From positions 2,360,001 to 2,396,621 of the forward strand of contig CP070839.1 in assembly GCA_020341875.1 (NCBI GenBank): a stretch of DNA of 36,621 nt, given 5' to 3'. The notes beneath the pieces were generated by a model. The model had not been told where the DNA came from. It ran no database searches and was given only the letters and a program-made list of their open reading frames with translations. Source of the stretch: Candidatus Zixiibacteriota bacterium. GTDB taxonomy: Bacteria; Zixibacteria; MSB-5A5; SM1-73. Below, one piece after another: positions 23,807-33,347 of this stretch (positions within the stretch are counted from its first letter, which is position 1; each line of letters starts with the position of its first letter). Made by a program: the position numbers and the translations under genes.

Positions 23807-25351
23807 TTGAGGACAGGTGCGTTGATTGGGCATCAGAGCACGACCAGAGCTTTTTTATCCAAGATCGTAACCCCTTTGCTGTGCATCTTGATCCTGCCGA
23901 GTGTGGTTCATGCCAAAGGGAAGTATCTGCAGGGAGACTGGGTCAGCTATTCGGTGTTTCGATACGTCACCTCCATTGCCTACGATTTCGATCACGTCTA
24001 TTTCGGCACCACGGGAGGGGTGACCCGCTACGATCGTTTCAATCACCATTGGGATCTGCCACTCACCACCAGCGACGGCCTGCCTGACAACTGGATAAGA
24101 AACATAGCCTATGATCCGACCACCGATGAGATCTGGGCAGACACTTACGGAGGTGCGGCATACTATCACGAGGTTCTGGGGCAATGGTCCTGGGAACATG
24201 ATTTCCCCAAACATCTCTCCAGAAGCGACACCTCCAATTTCCGGCTACCCGATCTCTTCACCGATTTCGGCCCCACCACCGCAGGCAGCGATTGGGTGAT
24301 GGATGACAACCTGGATAGGTATCCCATCACCAATTACCTCAAAGGTGACTTCGACGATGAGCTTTGGGTGGGCACGTGGGGACTGAATGCTGGCAAGGCT
24401 TCCCTGCGTCGTCTGGAATTGAAGATGCTGAAGTACGGACTGTATGACAAAGACGTCAAAGCCATACTTATCGACGGAGACGAAGTCTGGTTCGGCGGCA
24501 CCGGGGTGTTGGGACCTTCCAGCGGCATTACCAGGTTCCACCGGAAAAACGAAACCTGGGACTACTTCTCCGTGGAACAAGTTCCCTTCCTGACAAGCAA
24601 CCAGGTCTACGCCATGGCAGCAGACAGTAACCATGTCTGGTTCGGTACGGAGGGAGGCCTAGTCCTCATGAAGAAGAAGGACTCGACCTGGAGATCCTAC
24701 AATACCTTCAAGGGTCTGCCCAACGATGAGGTCACCGCACTGGAATCGGACGGGAAATACCTCTGGATCGGCACCAGGGAGGGATTGGCGGTTTATGATC
24801 TCGCCCGCGACACTCTGGTGGCAATAAAGGACCCGTTGATCAAGAACCTCTACATCTACTCCTTACTCGCAGATTCCTTCTACGTTTGGGTGGGTACGGA
24901 AGTCGGAGTATATACCCTGGATAGGGAGAAAGGAACCTGGTACAGGTTCGCAACGCCGGATGGTCTTCTCACCGGTGAGGTTAGATCCATCGCCCGGTGG
25001 TCGGATCGGAAGCCGTCAAGCGGAAAAGAAGAGATATGGTTCGGGACCGACATGGGGATACTGGGATACAGCCCGGTGAGCGATGAGAGAGAGGTCTATG
25101 ACAACAGGATGAACTTCCCCGAGGTAGACGTGGTAAAGATTGCCTGCGACAAAGAAAACGTTTGGGTGGCAACCAGAGATGGGGTGTGGAAGTTGAACCG
25201 TGGCACCGACATTTGGGTCAAATACACCACCGAGGACGGACTTTTGGACAACGAGGTGCAAGACCTGGTCTTAGACGGAGATCATATCTGGTTCGGCACA
25301 CCCCAGGGAGCTACCCGGTTCTTCTGGAACAACCCCAGCCTGCGAGAGTGA
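23807..25351 (+). CDS. Secreted beta-propeller protein with two-component-regulator-propeller (Reg_prop)-type repeats
   Basis: The repeated blades are VWFGTEGGLVLM, LWIGTREGLAVYD, VWVGTEVGVYTLD, IWFGTDMGILGY, VWVATRDGVWKLN and IWFGTPQGATRFF. The N-terminus has a hydrophobic signal. The start is TTG. Confidence 0.75.
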   Translation: MRTGALIGHQSTTRAFLSKIVTPLLCILILPSVVHAKGKYLQGDWVSYSVFRYVTSIAYDFDHVYFGTTGGVTRYDRFNHHWDLPLTTSDGLPDNWIRNIAYDPTTDEIWADTYGGAAYYHEVLGQWSWEHDFPKHLSRSDTSNFRLPDLFTDFGPTTAGSDWVMDDNLDRYPITNYLKGDFDDELWVGTWGLNAGKASLRRLELKMLKYGLYDKDVKAILIDGDEVWFGGTGVLGPSSGITRFHRKNETWDYFSVEQVPFLTSNQVYAMAADSNHVWFGTEGGLVLMKKKDSTWRSYNTFKGLPNDEVTALESDGKYLWIGTREGLAVYDLARDTLVAIKDPLIKNLYIYSLLADSFYVWVGTEVGVYTLDREKGTWYRFATPDGLLTGEVRSIARWSDRKPSSGKEEIWFGTDMGILGYSPVSDEREVYDNRMNFPEVDVVKIACDKENVWVATRDGVWKLNRGTDIWVKYTTEDGLLDNEVQDLVLDGDHIWFGTPQGATRFFWNNPSLRE

Positions 25352-25445
25352 GCGATTCTAGGCCAGCACCGAACTTATGTTAGGGGCTGGTTTCCTTACT
25401 TCGAAGCAGACATCTTGTATCTTAAGAAATCCAGAGAAAAGAATC

Positions 25446-26456
25446 ATGACATCTCATGCTGACCGAACCAGGGCCAAGCTCAAGGATGTGGGTGAGTTTG
25501 GCTTGATCGATTTGATCAAAAAAGGAGTCTTTTCCTCTGATAAACGAGTGCTTGTCGACATCGGTGACGACGCTGCTGTCATCAAATCCTCCCCGGAGCG
25601 ATTTTTGATCTTTACCACAGATACGCTGCTGGAGAGAATTCACTTCGATCTGCGCTACTTCACCTTTGAGGAGGTGGGCTGGAAGGCCATGGCAGCGAAC
25701 CTAAGCGATATCGCCGCCATGGGAGGACTTCCCACGTTCGCATTAGTGACCATCGGCCTGCCAAAATCGACGCGGGTAAGGGACGTGCTCGCAATCTACA
25801 AGGGTGCGTCGAAGATCGCCGGCAAGCATAACTGCAAGGTGATTGGAGGGGACACCACCCTGGTGCCGAAGGACCTTATAGTCTCGATAGCCCTTCTGGG
25901 TGAAGTAGAGAAGGAGAATCTCGTGACCAGAGGCGGGGCGAAAAAAGGAGACCTAATCTGTGTCACCGGAAGGTTGGGGGAGGCTCGGGCAGGGCTGGAA
26001 TCTCTGAAGAAGCACGGCCGCAGAAAGCGTTCTCTTGTCCGAAGGCACCTGAAACCCGAACCGCGCATCGACGAAGCCAGAACCCTGGTTAGAAGTTTGA
26101 AGATAAACTCCATGATAGACATAAGTGACGGGCTCTCGTCCGAGCTCTTTCATTTAACGGAGGAAAGCGGGCTGGGCGCGGTGGTACGTGAGAAAGACAT
26201 ACCCATATCGCCCAAGTGTCTGAGGCCGGCCTCTCAGCAGAAGAGGTCTCCGCTGGGCTGGGCCCTCACCTCCGGGGAAGAATACGAGCTTCTGTTCACC
26301 GTCGACAGAAAGGACCAGTCCAGGATCGACCGGGTCAGGAAGAAAGTAGATTTCTCCGTTATCGGCGAAATGGTGGAGAAAAGACAGGGGGTCAGGCTCA
26401 CTCAAAAGTCAGGAAAATCGCGGGATCTGAGTCGAACGGGGTTCGTGCACTTTTGA
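25446..26456 (+). CDS. thiL: Thiamine-monophosphate kinase
   Basis: Motifs are GEFGLIDLI, IGDDAAV, TTDTLLERIHF, GWKAMAANLSDIAAMGG.P and GGDTT. I prefer the start at ATG 25446, which is in frame with track ORF 25377. Confidence 0.88.
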   Translation: MTSHADRTRAKLKDVGEFGLIDLIKKGVFSSDKRVLVDIGDDAAVIKSSPERFLIFTTDTLLERIHFDLRYFTFEEVGWKAMAANLSDIAAMGGLPTFALVTIGLPKSTRVRDVLAIYKGASKIAGKHNCKVIGGDTTLVPKDLIVSIALLGEVEKENLVTRGGAKKGDLICVTGRLGEARAGLESLKKHGRRKRSLVRRHLKPEPRIDEARTLVRSLKINSMIDISDGLSSELFHLTEESGLGAVVREKDIPISPKCLRPASQQKRSPLGWALTSGEEYELLFTVDRKDQSRIDRVRKKVDFSVIGEMVEKRQGVRLTQKSGKSRDLSRTGFVHF

Positions 26457-26607
26457 CCTCTCCGGCTCTCTCCCCACCGGGGACCGTCTCCGGGCAGGAC
26501 CATCCAGGCCAAAAGACACAGTTCGTGTGGGGTGTGACGAGGACGTTTCCGCCCTCCCCCCGCTTCCTGCGGTCGCCAAATATAATTTTCCCAGTGGAGT
26601 AATCGGC

Positions 26608-26636
26608 TTGACACGGGCTGAGTTTTTCATTATCTA
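26608..26636 (+). promoter_or_regulatory. Sigma-70-type promoter candidate
   Basis: TTGACA (26608-26613), a 17-nt spacer, then TATCTA (26631-26636). It lies ~70 nt upstream of the zinc-ribbon ORF. Confidence 0.5.
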
Positions 26637-26703
26637 AGGTCGTGGTGGACGAAGCGTAGTGAGATAAAATGTGAGGTAGCTTTAGGGAGGAGGTGCGGAA
26701 GGT

Positions 26704-26895
26704 ATGGACACAGCGTTCCCTGACTGCAAGAAGTGTGGTGGAGGCGTGCTTCTGCCCCTTTCAGACTACGGCCGGGATGGTGCCGCCATCACCTACAAGG
26801 CTTGGGTCTGTTCCAATCCCCAATGCGGTTTCTCCATTCGCATAGATAACGGGGAGATAAGCTTTGGCAAACCCATCGGCTTTTCCGACAAATAA
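26704..26895 (+). CDS. Small zinc-ribbon protein (63 aa)
   Basis: A strong Shine-Dalgarno, GGGAGGAGG, lies upstream. Cysteine pairs are CKKC and C-SNPQ-C, separated by 24 residues, a zinc-ribbon spacing similar to YgiT/MqsA-type fingers. Confidence 0.65.
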   Translation: MDTAFPDCKKCGGGVLLPLSDYGRDGAAITYKAWVCSNPQCGFSIRIDNGEISFGKPIGFSDK

Positions 26896-26975
26896 GGACC
26901 CTTGAGTTGACGTTTTCGAAAGTGGCGCGAATAAGATCTGCGCTTCGTCCCCATTATTCTAACGCGAGTTGAAAC

Positions 26976-27902
26976 ATGTGGCGGATCATATTCCAGAGCT
27001 TCTGGTTCAAGCTGGTGGCCATAGTCATGGCTCTGCTACTTTGGTTTCACGTTGCCACCGACAAGGTATACGAGCATGGCCACACCTTTCCTCTGGAGAT
27101 CCTGAACGTTCCGGAGCGATTGATCTTAGCAGAGGAGATACCGCATGACATCGACGTCAAGGTCCGGGGCAAAGGAAAGGAGCTTTTAAAACTCCTCCTG
27201 GCGGAGAAGAGGAGCATTAGAATAGACGCCCAGGAGTTCAAGAGAGGGGAAACAGACTATTCCATAGGGCCCGAGCAGGTACCCATCCCGGAGGGATTAG
27301 AGCTCAGGGTCACCGGAATCCTTCCCTCCGAGAACTTAAAAGTGTGGCTTGACTACACCATGGAGAAGAAGCTGAAGGTGCAGCCTGACATCAAGATAGT
27401 GCCAGCAGAAGGATTCGAGGTGGTGGGTGAACTGCACTACAACCCTCAGGAGGTAACCATCTCGGGACCGCGAATGTGGGTGAGGGATCTGAAACTGATA
27501 AGTACCCAGAAAATAGCCAAAGAAGATGTTGATGAATCCGTCTCTGATCAGGTTGATCTGGTTCTGCCAGAAGGTTATAATCTGCTTCTGTCTTCACAGA
27601 AGATCCATTTCTCGCAAAACATTGAAGGAATCGTGGAGAGGAGGATCCCTGGTCTGCCGGTGGAATTGACCAGCGTTCCGAGACGAAGAGAGATTACGAT
27701 TGAACCGGACAGCATAGATGTGACCATATCAGGCGCCCAGAGCCTGCTGGCGGAGATAGGTGCCGAGCAAATAAGGGTGACCGTTAATTGTGCCAACGCA
27801 AAAAAAGATGAGACGGTTAAGCTTCCGGTTGAGGTTAAGCTGCCGGCAAAAGTCAGCTTGAAACGGGCCCTGCCTGACTCGGTCGAAGCGTCCGTGAAGT
27901 GA
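26976..27902 (+). CDS. YbbR-domain protein (CdaR-like)
   Basis: The N-terminal anchor FWFKLVAIVMALLLWFHV is typical of YbbR proteins. It is followed by repeated ~80-aa beta-rich modules (VPIPEGLELR, ISGPRMWV, VTISGAQSLL). Confidence 0.7.
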   Translation: MWRIIFQSFWFKLVAIVMALLLWFHVATDKVYEHGHTFPLEILNVPERLILAEEIPHDIDVKVRGKGKELLKLLLAEKRSIRIDAQEFKRGETDYSIGPEQVPIPEGLELRVTGILPSENLKVWLDYTMEKKLKVQPDIKIVPAEGFEVVGELHYNPQEVTISGPRMWVRDLKLISTQKIAKEDVDESVSDQVDLVLPEGYNLLLSSQKIHFSQNIEGIVERRIPGLPVELTSVPRRREITIEPDSIDVTISGAQSLLAEIGAEQIRVTVNCANAKKDETVKLPVEVKLPAKVSLKRALPDSVEASVK

Positions 27903-28078
27903 ACCTCGCGCTTGTCAGATTCGAATCCGACTCAGCATTGACCGATAGGTAGGCAGGGGTATCCGATAAATTCAATCGCAACAGCAAAAAACCCCATCGC
28001 CCCGGCTAAAACTTGCACGCGAAGAGGAATTCTCTTGGCGTGTTATTCCTTCGCTGAAGCAAGACCGATAGGACAAAT

Positions 28079-29089
28079 ATGTTAATCCTGGGTATTGAGA
28101 CGTCCTGTGACGAGACCGCTGCCAGCGTGGTAAATGGCGGTAATGAGATCCTATCCAACGTCGTCTATTCGCAGATGGTGCATGACAAGTATGGGGGTGT
28201 GGTTCCGGAGCTGGCCTCCCGCGAGCACATTCGAGCCGTGGTTCCGGTGGTTAACCAGGCGCTGGGCCAGGCCAACGCTTCCCTCGCGGAGATAGAGGGA
28301 GTAGCGGTCACCTACGGACCGGGACTGGTCGGTTCTCTGTTGATAGGATTATCCTACTCCAAAGCCATCTCCTACTCCCAGGAGATTCCCCTCATCGGGA
28401 TCAACCACATCGAGGGTCACATCTTCGCCGACTTTCTGGAGCATCCAAAAATCTCCCCTCCTTTCGTTTGCCTGGTGATCTCCGGAGGTCACTCAAATCT
28501 GATCTATGTGGCTGGCAAAGGGGATTACGAGCTAATGGGCCAAACCCGGGACGATGCGGCCGGCGAGGCGTTTGACAAGGTGGCGAAGGTTCTGAATTTA
28601 GGATATCCGGGCGGACCGGCAATCGATGAGGTCTCGCCGAAGGGCAAATCGGACTTTTTCAAGTTTCCCCGGGCTTACCTGGAGGAAGGAAGTTTTGATT
28701 TTTCCTTCAGTGGTCTAAAGACGGCGGTGGCCATTTACGTCTCCAGGCTATCCGAAGAGGAGTTGGAGAATCACAGGATCGACGTCGCCGCCAGTTTTCA
28801 GGAGGCGGTGGTCGACGTTCTGGTAGAGAAGGGAATCCAAGCGTGTCTGGCAAAGGACACAAGCAAAATCGCCCTGGCTGGGGGCGTGGCTAGAAACAGA
28901 CGCCTGCGGAAAAGACTTCGGGAGGAAGCCGAAAAGCAACGCCTTGAGGTCTTCTACCCCTCTCCGATTCTCTGCACGGATAACGCCGCCATGATCGCGG
29001 CGGCTGGGGACTTTCATCTGTCCAGGGGCCGAGCGTCGAATCTGGATCTCAACGCCGTCCCGCACGCATCTTTGACGGCAGGTAACTGA
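28079..29089 (+). CDS. tsaD: tRNA N6-adenosine threonylcarbamoyltransferase
   Basis: Motifs are MLILGIETSCDETAASVV, ASREH, VTYGPGLVGSLLIG, GINHIEGH and PGGP.ID. Confidence 0.93.
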   Translation: MLILGIETSCDETAASVVNGGNEILSNVVYSQMVHDKYGGVVPELASREHIRAVVPVVNQALGQANASLAEIEGVAVTYGPGLVGSLLIGLSYSKAISYSQEIPLIGINHIEGHIFADFLEHPKISPPFVCLVISGGHSNLIYVAGKGDYELMGQTRDDAAGEAFDKVAKVLNLGYPGGPAIDEVSPKGKSDFFKFPRAYLEEGSFDFSFSGLKTAVAIYVSRLSEEELENHRIDVAASFQEAVVDVLVEKGIQACLAKDTSKIALAGGVARNRRLRKRLREEAEKQRLEVFYPSPILCTDNAAMIAAAGDFHLSRGRASNLDLNAVPHASLTAGN

Positions 29090-29145
29090 TCGTTACCTCC
29101 TCACTTGTCCCCCCACCCGTTCATCCCGGTTTAGAATTAAAAGGC

Positions 29146-29173
29146 TTGACAAAATCCCGTTGATCATTATGAT
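29146..29173 (+). promoter_or_regulatory. Sigma-70-type promoter candidate ending 6 nt before the GTG start
   Basis: TTGACA (29146-29151), a 16-nt spacer, then TATGAT (29168-29173). Confidence 0.45.
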
Positions 29174-29179
29174 ACATAT

Positions 29180-30181
29180 GTGAGAGTCGGGAAACTACTC
29201 ATATGCTTGGCGGCGATGATCATGGGGCTCCTCTTGCCCGCATGTTCAGGATTTGCACAGTCTCTCTACCCGGGCAGGGGTTTGGATTCTCGATACGCTT
29301 TTTCCGATTCCATTCTTACCCCCAGAAACGGCATTCTTAGCCATCCCGGGTTCTTTGAGGAATCAAGCTCCTCCACCCGTTTATCCTTGCTTCGTCATCC
29401 CGGTTCTTACTCCGGCTATGCGCTTGCGACGAGGGCACAAGCCCCCTTCACTTACCAGCCCCGGCCCAGGCGAGTCAACTATAAGAGGGCATCGGTCCTT
29501 TGCACGGCCAACGCCGCCACCTTATTCTTCGGTTTCAAAGGAGCCATGGCAGCGTGGGGGGAATCCAAAGGTGCCTTTCACTTCAAGGACGATTGGAAGG
29601 GCGATAAACTGAAGCAGACGGACGAACTGAGTCATTTCATGTGGGGATACAAGATGACCCAGTTCCTTTTTGGGGCCTACCGCTGGTCCGGTTTCTCTGA
29701 CCAGGCCAGCCACGCCATATCCGTTTTCCAGACCGCCTTCGTCTTGACCATGGTCGAGTATCCCATAGATGCGCACAATCCCAAGCAGGGTTTGGGCGTT
29801 TCCGATCTGGTCTTCGATTATGCAGGTATTGGTCTGGCCTACGTGAAGCGACGTTTTGAGCGGCTCGAGGATTTCGATTTCAAGGTAAGCTGGAAAAGCA
29901 ATATCTTACTGAGTAACCGACCCATGTTTCCACAGACCTTCGAGGAGTTCGACAACTTCATCTACTGGTTTACTTACCGGACAAGGCTGTTCCTCCCGCA
30001 AAAGATCGTTTGCCTGGGTTTAGGCTACAGTGCCGTCCGCCGGGGAGAGGTGGCCAAGAGGCAGGTCTTCGCGGGAATCGGATTATCCTTACCTGACCTT
30101 GCCGCCCTGTTCGGGAAAAAGTTCAAGGCACGGGCCGGATTTCTGGAAGTATTCTATCCCAACCTTCGAATTGAACTGTAA
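29180..30181 (+). CDS. Hypothetical exported protein or lipoprotein, DUF2279 (YfiM)-like region
   Basis: 333-aa ORF. The N-terminus VRVGKLLICLAAMIMGLLLPACSGFAQS is a signal peptide or possible lipobox. DKLKQTDELSHF and SDLVFDYAGIGLAYV resemble the DK..HF and KDL.WD.AG motifs of YfiM as I remember them. Confidence 0.5.
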   Translation: MRVGKLLICLAAMIMGLLLPACSGFAQSLYPGRGLDSRYAFSDSILTPRNGILSHPGFFEESSSSTRLSLLRHPGSYSGYALATRAQAPFTYQPRPRRVNYKRASVLCTANAATLFFGFKGAMAAWGESKGAFHFKDDWKGDKLKQTDELSHFMWGYKMTQFLFGAYRWSGFSDQASHAISVFQTAFVLTMVEYPIDAHNPKQGLGVSDLVFDYAGIGLAYVKRRFERLEDFDFKVSWKSNILLSNRPMFPQTFEEFDNFIYWFTYRTRLFLPQKIVCLGLGYSAVRRGEVAKRQVFAGIGLSLPDLAALFGKKFKARAGFLEVFYPNLRIEL

Positions 30182-30525
30182 CTCCAGGTGAGCGAAGCTC
30201 TCCCTTCCTGGCGACAGCCAGCCTTCTGTTCATACCAATAGACCACGAATGGTGCCAAATCAGGCCAGGGCTTTTCGATTGTGCCCCGCAAATCGGTGAT
30301 AGGAAACTCTACCACCTGTTCGGCAGAAACAGACTGAACGGTCGACCTGCCAGCCAGAGAATCGCCCGCCTTGAGCCGTGCGCAAAAGAAACACAGGCGA
30401 AAGCTCAACCCGTCTGAGATGCCGCCGATAGAGTCTTTAGTAGGCGTATTAGCTCAAGGGGTCGTTGGTTCCTTGACTTCCCATCTCTTCTCTTGGATGA
30501 ACCGAAATCGCATAGAGGGAGGCAC

Positions 30526-32142
30526 ATGAGCAGCAAGGTTAAACAGGGCTGTTCTTCCACCAGGGATACTACGCTGGATTCGTCTCCGGGCAAGAGGGTG
30601 AAGTCGCCTGCCCGATCTTCGACCGCGACGGCCACCGAAGAGGGAAGGACATCTCGCCAGAGCGTGCCTCGCCTTCTGGTGGTGGATGATGAAGAGTACA
30701 TCTGCGAAGTGATTCGAGAGATGCTCTCCAGTGAAGGGTATCACATCCTCACCACCAGTGATCCCCGGAAGGCTTTGGACCTGGTTGAGCGCCAGCCGGT
30801 GGACCTGGTTCTGACAGATTTGATAATGGGCCAGACGTCCGGAGTGGAGGTGCTGGATCATACCATGAGGTTTCATCCGGATGCCGTGCTCATCCTGATG
30901 ACCGGGCAGCCCACCATAGAAAACGCGGTAACGGTACTAAAATCGGGCGCTTACGACTACCTGGTTAAGCCTTTCTCCATGGACACTCTCAAGGCGGTTA
31001 TCAGGCGGGGACTGGAGAAGCAGAGGCTTCACCGGGAAAACATCCACTTAAAAGAGGCGGTATCTCTTCATAAGATCAGCGAAGCCATGGGCTCCACCAT
31101 CCGGCTGGATTTCCTTCTGAATCTGATCCTGGAGACCGCCATCAAGGAGTTGGAAGCAGACATGGCCTCCGTCGCTCTCTTAGACCAAGAGGCGAAGCGA
31201 TGGGTCCCTAAAGCCTCCCTGGGAGTCCCGCCCGATATGCTCAGAAGCGGACTTCTTGCCGGGCAGGATAACGTCTCCAGGTGGGTCATGAAGCATGGTC
31301 GCCCACGGGTTTTTGACAAAGATGAGATAGGCGAGCGCTTCCTCCCCGGTCACTTAAGAAAGAACATCCGGTCGGTCATCGTTCACCCTCTCATGGCAAA
31401 GGGAAAGGTCATCGGAATCCTGATCCTGGTCAGAACCAAGGGACGGATGTCTCCGTTTACCACGGGCCAGCTCCACTCTCTCTCCATCATCGCTTCCAAA
31501 GCGGCTTCGGCCATCGAAAACTCGAGACTATACGAGGAGTTGAAGGAATCCTACCTGCAGACCCTGACCGCCCTGGCCAACGCGGTGGAGGCACGGGATA
31601 TATATACCCGGGGACATACCGAAAGGGTGTGTTACATGGCGGAATTCCTGGGCGGGCAGCTGAAGTGGAGCGAGGAGAAGCTCTGGGAGGTCAAGATGGG
31701 CGGTATCCTGCACGACATCGGAAAGATAGGCGTGCCCGACGCCATCCTGAACAAGGCCCAAGCGTTGACCGACGAGGAATTCGAGATCATGAAACAGCAT
31801 CCCATCTGTGGGGCCAAGATCCTGGAGGGAATCCCCTTCCTGGCGCCGGCAATCCCTTACGTCCTCTATCACCACGAGCGGTTCGATGGCAAGGGATATC
31901 CCTATGGTTTGAGAAACGATCAGATCCCCCTCCAGGGACGGCTGATGTCGGTGGTAGATACCTTTGATGCCATGACCAGCGATAGACCCTACCGAAAGGC
32001 CAAGAGCTTCAAAATGACCTTAAAAGAGATCAAAGACTGCTCTGGAAGCCAGTTCGATCCTCAGATCGCCGAAGTGTTTCTAGATGCATGGGAAAAAGGA
32101 CTGATCGATAAGGGAAGACTCAAAGTGAAGAGGCGATCGTAG
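30526..32142 (+). CDS. Response regulator with GAF and HD-GYP (cyclic-di-GMP phosphodiesterase-type) domains
   Basis: GAGGGAGG Shine-Dalgarno lies before ATG 30526. REC: LLVVDDEEYI...LVLTDLIM...LMTGQ...DYLVKPF. A GAF-like middle region follows. HD-GYP: GHTERV...GGILHDIGKIGVPD...HHERFDGKGYPYGL. A ~45-aa Ser/Thr-rich extension sits at the N-terminus. Confidence 0.88.
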   Translation: MSSKVKQGCSSTRDTTLDSSPGKRVKSPARSSTATATEEGRTSRQSVPRLLVVDDEEYICEVIREMLSSEGYHILTTSDPRKALDLVERQPVDLVLTDLIMGQTSGVEVLDHTMRFHPDAVLILMTGQPTIENAVTVLKSGAYDYLVKPFSMDTLKAVIRRGLEKQRLHRENIHLKEAVSLHKISEAMGSTIRLDFLLNLILETAIKELEADMASVALLDQEAKRWVPKASLGVPPDMLRSGLLAGQDNVSRWVMKHGRPRVFDKDEIGERFLPGHLRKNIRSVIVHPLMAKGKVIGILILVRTKGRMSPFTTGQLHSLSIIASKAASAIENSRLYEELKESYLQTLTALANAVEARDIYTRGHTERVCYMAEFLGGQLKWSEEKLWEVKMGGILHDIGKIGVPDAILNKAQALTDEEFEIMKQHPICGAKILEGIPFLAPAIPYVLYHHERFDGKGYPYGLRNDQIPLQGRLMSVVDTFDAMTSDRPYRKAKSFKMTLKEIKDCSGSQFDPQIAEVFLDAWEKGLIDKGRLKVKRRS

Positions 32143-32541
32143 AATTCTGCGACTCCGATCTCCATCGGGACATATACGCCTTTGTTCCTTATTTGCGCTT
32201 TAATTTTCGCACCGCGCTGGTTTTTCTCAAATAACCCGAGTAAGGATTCTCGTATTAGAGCGGTAAGCATCAATGAGTTCCCCTATCATCCACCTGGAAG
32301 TACAGCCGGGTCTGCTCAATTCTGAGAAAACTTTTGAAGGTATTGGGAATGTAGTTGACAGGGCAACTGAAAGCAGTATATTAGTTAACTCGGTTTTTCC
32401 AGTTCTTTTCGGAAACTTCGAAAATCTCTTCATCGCTTCCGGTATCGTCAGCGGGTAGACGACTGCTGAGGTGTTGGCGGGGGATGTGAGCAGGGTTTCC
32501 AAAGGGGCACAACAAAGTCAGAACTCAAATAAGGAGCTGTG

Positions 32542-33147
32542 ATGAAGAAGGCAGTAGACAAGGTGGATTACGATGTCAGCGGGCTCAGGGCAGTCGCGAC
32601 GTTCCCCTTTGTGGACGGAATTCGTTTCCCTCTGATCGGGCAGACGGTATTGATCGCCTCGGTGAACAGGGAGAACGATCCCAGCCTGGGAGTCAAGAGC
32701 TCGATCTCGGTTTTCTCGTCTCGACCCGCTATCGTAGGATTCGGGTGCCAGGTAAAAGACGTGATAGCCAAGAACATTCTGTCTACCGGTGAATTCGTGA
32801 TCAACGTCCCCAGTGCGGATCTGGCCAGGAAGATCTGGAAGATCGTCGAGGCGGTGCCGAACGGGGAGAAGGAGATCCAGGAACTGGGATTGACCCCTGT
32901 CAAATCGGTCAAGCTCAGCACCCCTCGCATCGCCGAGTGCAAAGCGCACCTGGAGTGTTCGCTGGATTGGACCAAAAAGTACGGCGACGAGATGGTGATA
33001 TTCGGAAGAGTACTTCTGGCATCAGTGGACAAGGACGTGGTGGAGGCGGAGCTGGCCGAAAGATACAAACAGCTAAAACTGTTCGCCCAGCTCGACAACG
33101 GGCTCTACGGGGTGATCAAGGAAGCAAAGCAGGTTCCCGCCAAGTAA
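32542..33147 (+). CDS. Flavin reductase-like (FMN-binding split-barrel) protein
   Basis: AAGGAG lies 5 nt before ATG 32542. Motifs are TGEFVINVPSADLA, GLTPVKS..L.TPRIAECKAHLEC and GDEMVIFGRV. Confidence 0.75.
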   Translation: MKKAVDKVDYDVSGLRAVATFPFVDGIRFPLIGQTVLIASVNRENDPSLGVKSSISVFSSRPAIVGFGCQVKDVIAKNILSTGEFVINVPSADLARKIWKIVEAVPNGEKEIQELGLTPVKSVKLSTPRIAECKAHLECSLDWTKKYGDEMVIFGRVLLASVDKDVVEAELAERYKQLKLFAQLDNGLYGVIKEAKQVPAK

Positions 33148-33214
33148 TTTCCATTCGTTCCTTCCCTATGGAAAGGGGCGGCAAAAGACCCGATTAGCTG
33201 ACTGTTGGCGTGGG

Positions 33215-33248
33215 GTCTTGACCCGATGGTCAAGTCTTGTTTTTTTTG
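33215..33248 (+). terminator. Rho-independent terminator
   Basis: CTTGACC (33217-33223) pairs with GGTCAAG (33228-33234) around a 4-nt loop. TCTTGTTTTTTTT follows. Confidence 0.7.
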
Positions 33249-33347
33249 CCTGTCCCCGTGGAACTGTCGAACGCCGGGGATTCTCCCCGAAATTCCAGGC
33301 AGCCGTTGAACGGTCTTCCTCATCTGACTTTGGTGGAGAGCCGATTT

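Noticed and set aside
27918-27927. tRNA T-arm-like GATTCGAATC, as a possible tRNA or att-site remnant
   Set aside because: It is a 10-bp perfect palindrome. The flanks do not form a T-stem, and no acceptor or anticodon arms can be built upstream. No integrase is nearby.
30154-30408. 84-aa minus-strand ORF in the gap before the HD-GYP regulator
   Set aside because: It has no Shine-Dalgarno and overlaps the 3' end of the upstream gene. Its N-terminus is Cys/Arg-rich. The central part looks mildly protein-like, but I recognise no family, so it is left uncalled.
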